Part shown: piece by piece, positions 37,387 through 51,720 of the stretch
Numbering within the stretch: position 1 is the stretch's first letter
Layout: every line of letters begins with the position of its first letter
Source: Eledone cirrhosa
Taxonomy: Eukaryota
Reading direction: 5' to 3'
DNA: 64,000 nucleotides
Assembly (NCBI GenBank): GCA_964016885.1
Contig: OZ024747.1
Span: forward strand, 40,734,001-40,798,000
Program-made: the position numbers and the translations under genes
Notes under the pieces: generated by a model
Database searches by the model: none
Seen by the model: only the letters and a program-made list of their open reading frames with translations
Told to the model about the DNA's origin: nothing

Positions 37387-38261
37387 ATATGTGTGTGTGT
37401 GTATGCCTCTGTGTGAATGTACACATGTATATTTATATTCTTTTCACACGCCATACACTGCTGCACCGATCTATGGCTTAATCGACATAGTTTAACAACT
37501 TTTTCATCTATTTATTTATTATCGTCTTTTCAAACACTAACCACAACCCTTAATTCTCTCTAGTACAAATACCCGTTTAAGGATATAGATAAGTTACACC
37601 AAAGCCCCACCCCTAACATAGGCTAACCTACTTTCCTTATCCCTTTTCCTTTTCTTCTTTATTTTATTTTATTCCTTTTCGACAAACCGCTGACCAGTAG
37701 AACCCACCCCCTCGTACGTTCCTCACTCTTTCATCTCCCAATACACATAACCCATAATCACCTCCAAACCCACACCCAGCACCTTCATCTCACCACATAC
37801 ACGCCACAATGTCTATGAAACAGCCAAAACACCCCACCCTCGCAAATCACACCAACCACCGCTCCCCACCAGCACCTCCCCATTATTATCCTCCTCCCCC
37901 ACCTTTTACATACTAAAACATTCCTTATAGAAAATACACCAATCAAAACAACAGGAATTGACCACGATAAATGAATGCGATTCGTTACAGACATTTCTAA
38001 GCTATATATGTTCATTCTGTCATTACCACAGCAGAGGTCAGACGAGCTTTTGATTCCAGAGTCGGGCCAGATCGATATAGATCCAACCTTGAGCTGATCA
38101 ATAGCGAAACGCGCGTCGCTACTCAATAAACGTAATGAAGACAACAAATTGTTCTTTTATTGTTATATTTACACTCTTCTTAGTTCTACACCTCTTTACT
38201 TATTGGACACTACACATCAAATGCTCACTCGGGTGAACCTAAAGTGACTGCTCGTTACACT

Positions 38262-38319
<58 letters not shown>

Positions 38320-38520
38320 TTAATTTGGGAGGTTTATGCTCCCAATAAAAACACACACACCTGTTGCTTTTCACTTCAATTTATTATTTTAACTTCCAGT
38401 CGGTTAGTATAATAAACGGCTGGATGTTTATGAAGGCTCTTCCGTCACACATTTTATGACCTCCTCAGTGACTACCTTTGTTATTTTGCGTCTCTGCTTT
38501 AGCGTCATAAGAAACGCTAA
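38320..38520 (-). repeat. Solo Naiad-type pLTR remnant with degenerate hammerhead (38430-38473)
   Basis: Similar to 18408-18620; reverse complement gtca-CTGAGGA-ggtcataaaatgtgtgac-GGAA. Confidence 0.6.
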
Positions 38521-38640
38521 AGTTAAATTGTTATTGTTAGTTTACTTTTTCCAACAGTTCTCCATCATTTTTACTCTTTTTCGCAATGCTTCAGCGATCT
38601 TATTCCCACTTTTCTCCTCTCCTCTCCTCTCCTCTCCTGT

Positions 38641-38784
<144 letters not shown>

Positions 38785-38866
38785 AAACTGGAACGGGAAC
38801 GAAAACAGAGAGGCAGTACAACCCAAAGGTTTATTAGTTTCACACTCTTGAGAGTGGGGGATGGCG

Positions 38867-38900
38867 AACGACGTTTCGGGCATAAGCCCTTCTTCAGGAG
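38867..38900 (-). ncRNA. Minimal hammerhead ribozyme
   Basis: Reverse complement ctc-CTGAAGA-a-gggc-ttat-gccc-GAAA-cg-TC. Stem I is poor. Confidence 0.65.
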
Positions 38901-39143
38901 AAAAGTGGGTGGGAAGAGAGTTCCGAGGGTGTGTGGGGAGTGGTGGAGAGACATTTAGAAAAAGGGAGGGGGAGGGAGGAAAAACGGTGGAAGGGGTACA
39001 AATAAAAATAAAAATAAACATAAAAATAAACAAGTGGTGGAAGGGTGTGGGGCGTGTAGGGGTGATGGCGGGTGGAGTAGGGAGAGAGAGGCGGGGGGTC
39101 CGAGTGGGGAGGGCTCAAGGTGGTGTTTGTGTATGTGTGTAGG

Positions 39144-39179
<36 letters not shown>

Positions 39180-39812
39180 TGAGAGTATATATATATATAT
39201 ATCTACTATATACATTGGAAGTGGTCGGACGTTGTATATGTAGGTGTAGTCAGATAAACGTCGAAACGGCTTGGTGGAATACAGCGAAAATTTACAGTTA
39301 TGCAAAATGACCCGAGGAGGCGTTGGGTCGACTTTCAAGCTACAAGCTACCATGGTTACGGAGAAAATCTATGAAACAGGAATTTCTCATTCAAATTGAA
39401 CTGAGAGTAATCTGTGAACGCAGAAGTAAATATTTCGAGAAACGTTGCAACCGAATAAAAATAGGAAGGCGATATTTTGGTTCGTGAAGACGTTCCCTGG
39501 AAATGAACGGAAAAAAGGCGAGGATAATACGTCGCTATGTGGAACGAGAAGAACAATTTCATGCAAAGACAAGACCAAGTTTATGGTATAAATGGAGTCG
39601 TTAGACTAATATTCTATTTAAAATAACAGAATTATTTCCAGGCTCGGAGTTTAAGAATGATGTAAATAAAATTGAAAACGAAAATGACAGAGGTTATTAA
39701 AATAGTAAAAGTAAATAGTGATGATTTAGGCCAGTACATACGTATGCCCCGACGGACATACACATACATACGCACACAGAAATACATACACACCAAGAAA
39801 CACACACACACA

Positions 39813-40391
<579 letters not shown>

Positions 40392-40605
40392 TATATACAT
40401 ATATATACATATACATAAATATATATATATATGCAAATATAAAAGAAAAACGAACACAGACATATACATATATGTGTTCAAATCGTAAGGGACCAGATTG
40501 GCTAAGGTAAAAAGAATACTAACTATAGACAATAGGGTTTGCCAGACTCAATTTAAGAATAAATCAAGAAAGTAAATACAAACCGGAATTGTGGTAACTA
40601 CCAAT

Positions 40606-40683
40606 CACCCAGACAGCTTTGATAATGCTGTTTCGCAAAGTTAATTGTGAAGAGGAATACCAATTCTTGCTCATCAGCGGGTG
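40606..40683 (-). ncRNA. Complete type I hammerhead ribozyme with stable stem III
   Basis: Reverse complement cacccg-CTGATGA-gcaagaattg..caattaactttgc-GAAA-cagc-attatcaaa-gctg-TC-tgggtg. GUC cleavage triplet. Confidence 0.85.
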
Positions 40684-41058
40684 AAGAATTATTAGTATCC
40701 TGGTAACTTCTAAGTATATTAAAAAACTGAATAGTGTGCGTATATATAATAACGCTCATTGTATCTGAACTTAGCGTGTCTCACAAACTCACACCACTAA
40801 AAATAGCAGCCAGGTTTACTCGACATTTGAATTAGCTAAACAAATTAACGGAGCCGAATATATCAGAGGTATATATTGAGTTAGAAACTCTTTTTACCTT
40901 AGCGAATCTGGTCTCTTACGATTTGAACACATATATGTATATTTCTGTGTTCGTTTTTCTTTTATGTTCAGTTATAATATAATATTGTAAGAGACTATTT
41001 TGAGTTTCTAACTCAATATATACCTATGATATATGCAAATATATAAATATATATCTTG

Positions 41059-41163
<105 letters not shown>

Positions 41164-41759
41164 CAGTTGAAACTGGGAAGAGATTGAATATGAAATGTAA
41201 ACATGTACAAAGTATGTTTATGTAATAAAACTTATAATTCAAAATTATATATACGCACACTATTCAGTTTTTTAATATACTTAGAAGTGCCCAGGATACT
41301 AATAATTCTTCACCCGCTGATGAGCAAGAATTGGTATTCCTCTTCACAATTAACTTTGCGAAACTTATAATTCAAAATTAAATAAAATAACAATATTGTT
41401 TTCAGAAGTATTCTTGGTCGTCCAAATTGAATTACGTTTTTGGTGTACATTTGAGTCATAAAATCAAATTTCTTGCTGTAATTGATAATTGTTTGGAATT
41501 TTCAGTTTAAAAATTTTCCGCCAAAGCTTTTTGTTCCCTGCAAATGCTACTATTGCTACTTTCATATAATTAGTTTGATCTTGTTTAAATTAGCATTAAA
41601 ACAGTCTTTAAAAAGAAACAAAATGAAGTAAAATAATTGGTAAGTGCGCTTAAAGCAATCATCTAGGACATGCAAAAGAGTTTTGCTACAGAAATACACG
41701 TATGTGAAACAATATACAATTTTCTATTCACCCGAACTTGTGGTTTTATAATTTCACAA

Positions 41760-44700
41760 ATTTTTTCCCAATAGAGAGAGAGTCGGTTTCTAACATAGAG
41801 ACAAGACACTCTCATTGGAATTTACACATCAACTAGGTAGATTATGTATGCATGCATGTGTAGATATGGATGTTATTGTATGTGTGGTTGTGTATGTTTT
41901 GAGTTGTATGTATGCATGTGCATATGCTTTGTATCTGTACATGTGTATATGCAGTTATTAGATGCAAATTTTTGGGAATGTTTTACATATTTTTACTGTT
42001 CCATTAATGGATTGTACTTGTAATTTCCTAACTTGCTGTGTTCTTTCTGTTCCTGTGAAGCCTAGCTTCTCAAGATTTGTATTGAGGCAGTTACTAACAT
42101 ACCCCAGTGCCTCAATAATCACAGGCATAAATCTGAAGGTGTAACCAGGGTGGAGTATCTGCAGATTTCTCATCAGTTCTGCATAAATATTCTCCTTTTC
42201 GCTAATCTTTGATATTATATTGGCATCTGCTGGGCAGTTAATTTCCACTACTGTGGATGCTTTCTTCTCCCTATCCCATATCAAATTATCTGGTCTGTTA
42301 TGCCTGCATTTTATTGGGGTTTTTACAGTAACATTCCACCAGTACTATTTCATATTATGTACGTGGATGTCTTCCACATTCCTGTAGCTTTTAATGTGTT
42401 TATTATCGGGGCTATCTTTTTTACGGACTACATTGCACAGTGTTTTGGCCACTACATCATGCCTCAAGTAAAGACGGTCTATGTCACTGTTGATGTGGAA
42501 GTTTCCGGTGTTGTTTAGTATTTTTCGAGTTCCAACATCAACTGCTCGGATTTCGGCTATTGTCCAATTGAGTATTCCAAACGTTGGTGTTAGGACAGGC
42601 ACAGCAAACACATTGTGAGCTGTTTTGTTTTGTGCAGAGAGTTCCGATGACCAAATCTTTCTTAATCGGGTGTAGTATTCCCTGGTTACGCGTTCTTTAT
42701 TACAGATACCATTATAGGATATGTTCTCATCTATGCCAGGTATTTGTAACAGTCCTTATCAGATATCGGTGAAACAGTTAGGCCATTGATGACAATGTTG
42801 CTAGATTGGGTTGTTGTTTTTCCCGCTTTACAGTCATGTATGAGCATTTATCTTGGCCAAACTCCATTCCCATATCCTTTGAGAACGTTGTAGCCAGGTC
42901 AAGATTTTTCTTCATCCCATCCATGTTCTTGGCATAGAGTTTCAGATCGTCCACAAAGAGGTTATGGGTTAGGTTCGTATTTCTGTCCTCCTGTGAGCCA
43001 ATGATGTATCCCTCACATTTCTTGAGCAGAAAGGACAAGGGGTTTAATGACAAGATGAACAATATCACAGAGAGACTGTCCCCCTGAAATATACCCTTGC
43101 AATATTTTATTTTATCAATGAAAGTAGAGTCCTCCCTCTCTGTCTTTAACCCAAGAAGAAGACAGCCTCTCTATGGCTCTAACAATAATGTCTGGGACTT
43201 TAGCAAGTTGGAGGGCCTCTATCATCCAAGAGTGGGGAACAGAATCGAAAGCTTTCTTGTAGTCCAGCCAGACTGTAGTCATATTCCTCCTAAGTTGTCG
43301 CACCTCTGACATCGTAGTTTTGTTGATTAGGAGTTGTTCAGCACATCCCCAAACCCTTTTCTTTATAGCTGCTTGTTCATCTGTGATGATGTTATTATTT
43401 TCACAGTGATCTTGGAGGAATAGGTTGAGGCAGGCTGTATACATATTATACATCAGGTTCTGGCATGCAATGGGTCGGTAGTTTTTTGCCAAGTGGGTCT
43501 CTTTGTTCTTGGAGACCAGTAACGTTTGTGCTAATGTCAACCATTCTGGCATAAGTGTATCTCCCTTAAGAACTTGTTGGTAGAGGTCAGTAAGATACCC
43601 CCGATAGAATATTAGTTTTTTGTACCAGTAGCCGACAATCATGTCTCTTCCTGGTGTTTTCTTATCTTGGAGTTTTCCTATCACAGTCTCAAGGGTACCC
43701 TCACTTATTTCGTATGTTTTTGTTGTAGTGTAGGAGCAATAGTTCTTTCGGATTTCTCTTAGCCACACTGCATCTTGGTTGAAATTCTTCTTTTCACCCC
43801 ATATTTTTCTCCAAAAGGAATCTATGTCTTTCTGGGATGGGGCCTCAGTGACACTTATTATTTTGCCCTTCATATCTCTATAGACTGATGTTTGGTTTCG
43901 TCTGAATCTTTTATTAAGCATCTTTCTCTCATCTACCTTCTTCAGGTATCGGCGTTTTTCGCTAACAGCTCTCAATTCTTGTTTGAGGGTGATCAGCTTA
44001 TATTGGAGAGTTCTGGTTCTACTGTTACCAAACATCGTCTCTATTTTATTGTTCACTCTTTGTTGGTGAGGAGTGAGGTTTTTTGTGTTTGTTTCCATGT
44101 AAGGAGCATTGTCACATATCCTATGTTTTTTCGTAGGTCAGCACTCTTTTTTTCTATTTTAGTTATATTTGATGGTATTTTGGGTGGTGTTTTGTTCTTG
44201 TTAATATCTCTGCTATCACCAAGATAATGCTTCACTGTCATATAAACAGGCGTAGATTTGCCAAAATGTTGGGGTTTTTATCCGTCGTAAATATTCAACC
44301 CCTATTTCGTCAATAACACGTAGTATTTCATTATTTGGTTTTTTATTCACCATTGTCATTTTAACACGTTCAGCCAGAGAGATATTTATACATGAGTTAA
44401 TTTCTCTCTGGAAGATTTCGTTGAGGCAAATTTTCAATTGTTTATACTTTTGATTATCATTATCGATAGTATTTTCCAAAACAGTCGAGGTAGACTCGGA
44501 TGGTATACGTGGTGTCACATTTATTCGATTATTATTATTATTATTTCTTCGATTATTATTATTATCGATAGTGTTTTCCCCAGCATTCGAGGTAGACTTA
44601 GATGGTACAGGTGGTGTCAAGTTTCTTACAGGCATAGTTGTTTCAAGGCGCTGTTCGACCTGGCTGCTAGGAAGTCTAGAAGCATGGCGATCTGTAGCAC

Positions 44701-45270
44701 GTGTTGTTGATTCCATGTTTGTTGTGGGGGACTTACAATTAATAATATTTATCTTATTTTTACGTTCAACAAACGTCGCTTGTTGGCGTAATTGTTTCGC
44801 TGTGAAATAATTTAGCTCTGGGTGCATTTCGTCCCAGTGTAGCTTCATTCTATTCATATAGCGAATGGAGGGATTGTTTTTTGCCATTTTATAACAATTA
44901 AATAAATCATTATTAAGTTCGCAACTCCAAGAGAAATGCGATTTATAATTACGGTTTCTTCTCTAGCTACAACTGAATAAAGTTTGATTACATTCTTTGT
45001 TATTTGTCTTCGATACTTCCTTAATTTTCTTGCTGATGTTGTGTTCAGCCATGCTGTTTGTAGCAAATCCTTGTAAAATTAATTATGTATTTAGTCGGAT
45101 ATCTCTACGAATTCGAATAAAAGGTGTCTTCAGAAGGGATAGTTAGAAGAATAATCAGTTATTCAACCTGGCTGTAGTTGTGGCATTACTGTCGGAGATA
45201 GTATACATCTTAAATTTAATAAATAGTCTCCCACGCCAAACTATGCGACTGATCGCGTTGACTGAAGGAA
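41760..45270 (-). mobile_element. R4/Dong-clade non-LTR retrotransposon (RT + RLE), near full-length, frameshifted, with an internal deletion
   Basis: TPGRDMIVGYWYK, NYRPIACQN, GCAEQLL, WLDYKKAFDSVPHSW, GIFQGDSLS, HNLFVDDLKLY, NRPD..VVEINCP..KE..Y. DIDRLYL is fused directly to RHDVVAK. Confidence 0.88.
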
Positions 45271-45545
45271 TGTATGTCTGTATGTATGTATGTATGTATG
45301 TATGTATGTATGTATGTATGTATGTATGTATGTATGTCTGTATGTATGTATGTATGTATGTATGTATGTATGTATGTATGTCTGTATGTATGTATGTATG
45401 AATGTATGTATGTATGTATGTATGTATGTATGTCTGTATGTATGTATGTATGAATGTATGTATGTATGTATGTATGTATGTATGTATGTATGTATGTATG
45501 TATGTATGTATGTATGTATGTATGTATGTATGTATGTATGAATGA
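45270..45545. repeat. (TATG)n tetranucleotide microsatellite
   Basis: Directly visible. Confidence 0.97.
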
Positions 45546-46240
45546 AGCCGGTTGCTGTGAGCACCGCTACCAAGTATCGATGATTGATCCTATCAAAAGC
45601 TTTAGATTGACCTACATGGATCAGATCCCCACAGAAGCCAGGTTTACACCTCTCTCTGTTGTATCGCATGAGGTGGAGTTGTCATGTATGGACCTCGTCG
45701 GGATTGCACACGTTTGCGCTTCCCCTCCCCTTCACCAGGCTCTTGACGACGAGCGTAAACCTCGTTGCTAGCATCTTGGCCAAAATGTTCAACTCTGAGT
45801 TGAGCCGCGTTACAGTCCTAAAATTGTCTATAATACTCCCTTTGTTCTCAGCTTTCCTTCTCAACGTTACTACAGAACTGGGGATTCTATCGTTCTGCTG
45901 TCAGTTGCGGTAGACCGCTTCGAGGTCATCAGAGAACATGTGTGGCATGCCTATATAAAACTCATAGGGAAGGTTATCCAAACCATGTGGTTTGCGTCTC
46001 TCACGGTTTTCTCGGGCTTCCCGTATTTCGCCCGCTGTGATCGGCTTTTCGCAGCACTCTGCATCCGTGTCCGAGAATTGCGATGGTCTGAAGCCCACCA
46101 CCTCGTCCGACACACTGCTCTGCCTGAACAGCTGTGCAAAGGGCCAATGGAAAGCCACACATATGTGTTCAAATTCAAATAACACGATTCCGTTTCGGTT
46201 TTCTATATATAAAGACAACTTCGGTCACGAATGACCATGA
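45546..46240 (-). mobile_element. L1/Tx1-type RT fragment, degenerate
   Basis: KPITAGEI..KPHGLDNLPYEFY, DNFRTVTRLNSELNILAKMLATR, QSKAFDRINHRYL. Confidence 0.7.
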
Positions 46241-46569
46241 GATATGTGCATAGAAATCCCCACTCGGAGGTCCAAATCCGGGCAAGGTTGTTTTGTAGAA
46301 GACCCGCAGTTGCCCATACATACCAGTCTCCCCTCTCCATGCCACTGATGTGGTCCAAGGGAAAGACAAAGGCCGATACAGCTTAGCGCCAGTGATGTCG
46401 CAACTCATTTCTACAGCTGAGTGAACTGGAGCAACGTGAAATAAACTGTCTTGCTCGAGGACACTACACAACGCCCTGTCCGGGAATTGGCTTATGTATT
46501 TCTCTCTCACTCTCCTCTCTCTCTCTGACTCTCTCCCTCTTTCTCTCTCGTTCTCTCTCTCTTTCTCTC

Positions 46570-46642
<73 letters not shown>

Positions 46643-46650
<8 letters not shown>

Positions 46651-47166
46651 TTGAGGTTGGTAATGGCACATGGAATATATAAGAGACAGAATGCTTTTTT
46701 GTGAAAAAACATAATTTTATAAGGTAAGGAAATAATAAAGGGTATAAAAAATGACCGGTTTCGATGGGTCTGCAAAAGCCATCTTTTCAAATGTTGATTA
46801 ATATTAAGAAAAATTAATAATAAGAAGAGTTAAAATTTTAGATTTGAAAATTCAAGTATAAAATTCATTGTGGGATTTCACAGTAGTTTTCATCTTGGTA
46901 GCAGCTCGTTGACTGCTGGGTCCCTTTCTGGTAGTGAATGAGAAGTTATTTGGGGTGTGGGATATTTTATAAAGGTCAAATTTAGCAATGGCCAGATGGC
47001 CAGCTGCTGGTCAGTGAGGGGGTGGAAGCAATATACATACATATATCTTCCTGTGGTAGGTAGGAGAGGGGAGATTGATAGAAAGGGATTTAGTGCACTT
47101 ACACCTATATATACACACATACCTTCATCCACACATACATACATATACATATACATACACACACAT

Positions 47167-47204
<38 letters not shown>

Positions 47205-49491
47205 ATACATATACACACGTACATACACACACACATACATATATACACACACACACACACATACACACACACATATATGCACATACACACACATATATAT
47301 ATATACACACACACACATATATATACATACACATACATCCAGATACACACATACATACACACACACATATATATATACATATGTGTACATACACATATAT
47401 ACACACATATACATACACATATATATACACACACACCCCCACACGTAATAAACCCTACACAAACATACCCCACAACTATGGAATAACAGCAGTCCAATAC
47501 TGGCTTAACACACACCCATCAGAAATACCGACACGCATCAACAAAGATGTTATCACTGACGGACTCCGCTTTATCCTACAAAATAACTACTTCACATTCA
47601 ATGGTTCAACATACAGACAAGTATCAGGTACGGCAATGGGCACGAAAGTAGCACCCACATATGCCAACCTAGTCATGGGATTCCATGAACAACAAATATA
47701 CAGTCAGTCCCTTCTCTTATTTGGAGACTCTTTCCACACACACCTCAAAGCCAATTGGAAAAGATATCTAGACGACTGCTTTATCCTATGGCAAGAAGAC
47801 ATGAACTCACTTACTATGTTTAAAAACATGATAAACAACATAGATAATAACATACAATTCACAATGGAATCCAATCCCAAGGAATTAGCCTTCTTAGATA
47901 TTCTCATCTCTGTAATAGACGGGAAATTAGATACAGATATATTCTATAAACCCACAGATTCCAAGCAATACCTCTTTTTCACATCAAGTCACCCAAAACA
48001 TACAAAACTTAACATTCCTTACAATTTGGCCAAACGTATATGTACCATAGTATCAGATCCACCTAAACGGGAGCAAAGACTAAAGGAACTAAAAGACACC
48101 CTTATCTTAAGAGCCTTTCCACTTGAAATAATCAACAATGGAATAGACAGGGCAAAACACCTAAATCCCCATCAACTTAACAATCCAAAACAGAAAACCA
48201 CACTCAACACCCTGCCATATGTATCCACTTTCAACCCCAGAAATACCGAAATGTTTGATCACCTACACAAAAACCTCCCCATCCTACTTAAAGATGTAAA
48301 AATGAAGTCTATTCTTGAAACACACAAGATCCTTAAAAGTAAAAGACAACCAAATCACTAAAACGCATTCTCACTGGATCAAATATACCCAAACCAATCC
48401 TCAACCCTACAGTTACCAAATGTGATAGAACAAACTGTGGAACGTGCCTCTACTTCACTGAAGGACAAAAATTTACATTTAAAGATGGCCAAACATTTAC
48501 AGTAAAAAACAATTTCACCTGCAACTCGGAGAACTTGATTTACGCAATAACTTGCGGTGGGTGCAAACACAACTACATAGGACAGACGGGCACCTCATTA
48601 CGCAAAAGAATGACCATCCACCGCCAACAAATCCGGGACGCTAGCACAAGAAAAATCCCCTTGAGCAGCCATATTGCGAACTGCGCAGGAATGACACTAC
48701 CCAACTTTAAAATCTTCCCCTTCTACAAGTGCTCAGATTCGTTCACACAGCAACAAATAATAAACAAAGAAAATCTATTCCTTAACAAATTTAAACCAAA
48801 ACTAAACGGGTTATCACCCCAATAGAATTGTCATAAAATATAAACACACATACGCACGGAGTGACAGATATGTGTTTGTAGGTGTGCATGTATATAATTA
48901 TCACTACTATTAAAGACCAGAGACCAATTCTGTAGAATCAGGTTTATTCGTTGACAGACCATGCCTTTGTGTGACCAACACATCCATGTTAAACCCTGCA
49001 AGTGCACACACATATATCTATATATATATGCGCACACAGAATTCACCACTGTCGGTTGCGGGGCCCAATCTACATGAAGAACTCAATGTGATCAGAATGA
49101 CTTGTATTTTAATTTCACTGTCCTAACTTCTTATATTATGGAAAAAATATATGTGTATGTATGTATATATATATATTTGGAAGCCATTTCTCTGTGTGTG
49201 GGTGTATGTATGTGTATATATGTGTGTGTGTGTGTATGTGTGTGCATGTGGATGTATGTATTGTGTGTGCGTGTGTGTGTGTGTATGTATGTGTGTATCT
49301 GGATGTATGCGTATGTGTATATATATGTGTGTGTGTGTGTGTGTATATATATGTGTGTGTATGTGTATATATGTGTGTGTGCGTTTGTATGTGTGTATGT
49401 ATATATATGTGTGTGTGTATGTATGTTTGGGGGTGTGTGTGTATATATATGTGTATGTATATGTGTGTATATATGTGTATGTACACATATG

Positions 49492-49539
<48 letters not shown>

Positions 49540-50230
49540 TATCTGGATGTATGTGTATGTATATATATGTGTGTGTGTGTATATATATATATATGTGTGT
49601 GTATGTGCATATATGTGTGTGTGTATGTGTGTGTGTGTGTATATATATGTATGTGTGTGTGTATGTACGTGTGTATATGTATGGATATATATATATATAT
49701 GTGTGTATGTGTGTGTATGTATATGTATATGTATGTATGTGTGGATGAAGGTATGTGTGTATATATAGGTGTAAGTGCACTAAATCCCTTTCTATCAATC
49801 TCCCCTCTCCTACCTACCACAGGAAGATATATGTATGTATATTGCTTCCACCCCCTCACTGACCAGCAGCTGGCCATCTGGCCATTGCTAAATTTGACCT
49901 TTATAAAATATCCCACACCCCAAATAACTTCTCATTCACTACCAGAAAGGGACCCAGCAGTCAACGAGCTGCTACCAAGATGAAAACTACTGTGAAATCC
50001 CACAATGAATTTTATACTTGAATTTTCAAATCTAAAATTTTAACTCTTCTTATTATTAATTTTTCTTAATATTAATCAACATTTGAAAAGATGGCTTTTG
50101 CAGACCCATCGAAACCGATCATTTTTTATACCCTTTATTATTTCCTTACCTTATAAAATTATGTTTTTTCACAAAAAAGTATTCTGTCTCTTATATATTC
50201 CATGTGCCATTACCAACCTCAATTTTCTCT
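46643..50230 (+). mobile_element. 5'-truncated Penelope-like element (Neptune-like) with about 800-bp inverted pseudo-LTRs
   Basis: 46643-47442 is the reverse complement of about 49427-50230, including a long CA/TG low-complexity block. RT at about 47446-48361 (YTNIPH, QVSGTAMGTKVAPTYANL, WKRYLDD, FYKPTD); GIY-YIG at 48400-48825 (CDRTNCGTC, FTCNSENLIYAITCGGC..YIGQT). Confidence 0.92.
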
Positions 50231-50265
50231 ATAACCTTCGTTTTGTGTAGTAAATTACACTTTTC

Positions 50266-50307
<42 letters not shown>

Positions 50308-50365
50308 ATTTTATATATATATATAGGATAATATAATATAATATATATGTATTGTATTATATATT

Positions 50366-50415
<50 letters not shown>

Positions 50416-50699
50416 TATATGTATATAAATAAAATCCTTTTCAATATTTATGAAATCTCCATTAGTATTCGTTGGTTTCATGTCTTTGTATCAATAGTCA
50501 TAAGTTAGATCAGTCTATAAGATAATATCGTGAAGTTAAGTAAATCAAGTCAATGGTCTATTTAGTAGCTATATTGATATTTATCTCATATAATTTCGAT
50601 AAATATATTAGCTTCAGTATTTGTTTCCCTTATCAAGCCGTTATCGATCATTCTGATACACCATTAACTTCTAGAAAGTACCGGTGGAATCTAGAGTAG

Positions 50700-51720
50700 A
50701 TGTCGATAACTAGGTAGTGTAGCTTATCGTGTATCCTGTATCTAGTTCAACGACTGAACTGTTATAAATGTGTACAATAATAGCCGAAATGGGTTGATAG
50801 CTAAATGCTTTATATTTGTTCAAGAATGCAAACACTAACCATGATATAACTGAGATGTGTTACTTCTTATATAAATCTTTTGTCTAGAATCGAGATAAAG
50901 AAAATCTGTGTACTATCTGTAGCAGTATTTCCTGTGCCTAATCATCTACAGCCTACATGAAGTCATCCATAGACCGAAGATATTTTATTGTCCCACCATA
51001 GCAGTTGTATCTTAATCCAGTCTGGCTTAATATATTACACCAGGGAGCAAAATAAAGGAGGAGTCTCCTTGCAATATAACATTTTCTTATAGAAATAGGT
51101 TTATTTAATATTGAACCCTCTTTTGTTTGTATCTGCAGAATGATTTGCCATTTACTCAAGACGACTTTAATGTATCTGTTTATTATTGGTGCTATCTTAC
51201 TAGTCACTTATTTTTATTAGTATTGTTTAACAGCAGTTGTAAGATGAATGTGTTCTTTCATTGCGCTTCCCGAGGGAAAATCTATGCTTCTTCGGTATAT
51301 TTAAGATTTTGTTTGTATATTATATTTTTCATTGAATTGAAAATATTCTAAGTAATGTTTGCTATGGCTTGCAGTAATTTTCTCTGCAGGTCGGGCATAT
51401 TTGTACGTCCTAGGGTTTGGGTTATGTATTTAGCTGAATGTTTTAATAATTCCAAAGGCTTCTGGGAGTATTTTGCATTCAATCATTATGTCTATTTATC
51501 TTTACTTGTATCATTTTTATTATTATTTTCACACCTGTAAGGCCACACCACGAAGTTTTCTCCTCTGATGCGTTTTAAAATTGTGTTTACTTTTGTCGAC
51601 TTTAGACGCAAAGTTACATTGGTTACGTGATGTGAGGTATCTTCCCCTCAATCAACGTGAAACGGGTGTTTCTGTCCGTTTCAAATCGGAATTTATTATC
51701 ATTTCCCTAAATTCGAATAT
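50700..51720 (-). mobile_element. Heavily degraded R4-like RT fragment
   Basis: KIAPIINRYIKVVLSKWQIILQIQT..PISIRK..IKYLRSMDDF resembles R4-clade RT motifs 3-5. Confidence 0.45.

Noticed and set aside
45120-45270. HDV-like ribozyme at the 5' end of the R4-like element
   Set aside because: Some pairing is present, but the nested double pseudoknot order could not be matched.
49102-49983. Long Cys/Val/Tyr- or His/Thr-rich ORFs here and at other TA/CA/GA/TATG tracts
   Set aside because: These are translations of microsatellites, not genes.
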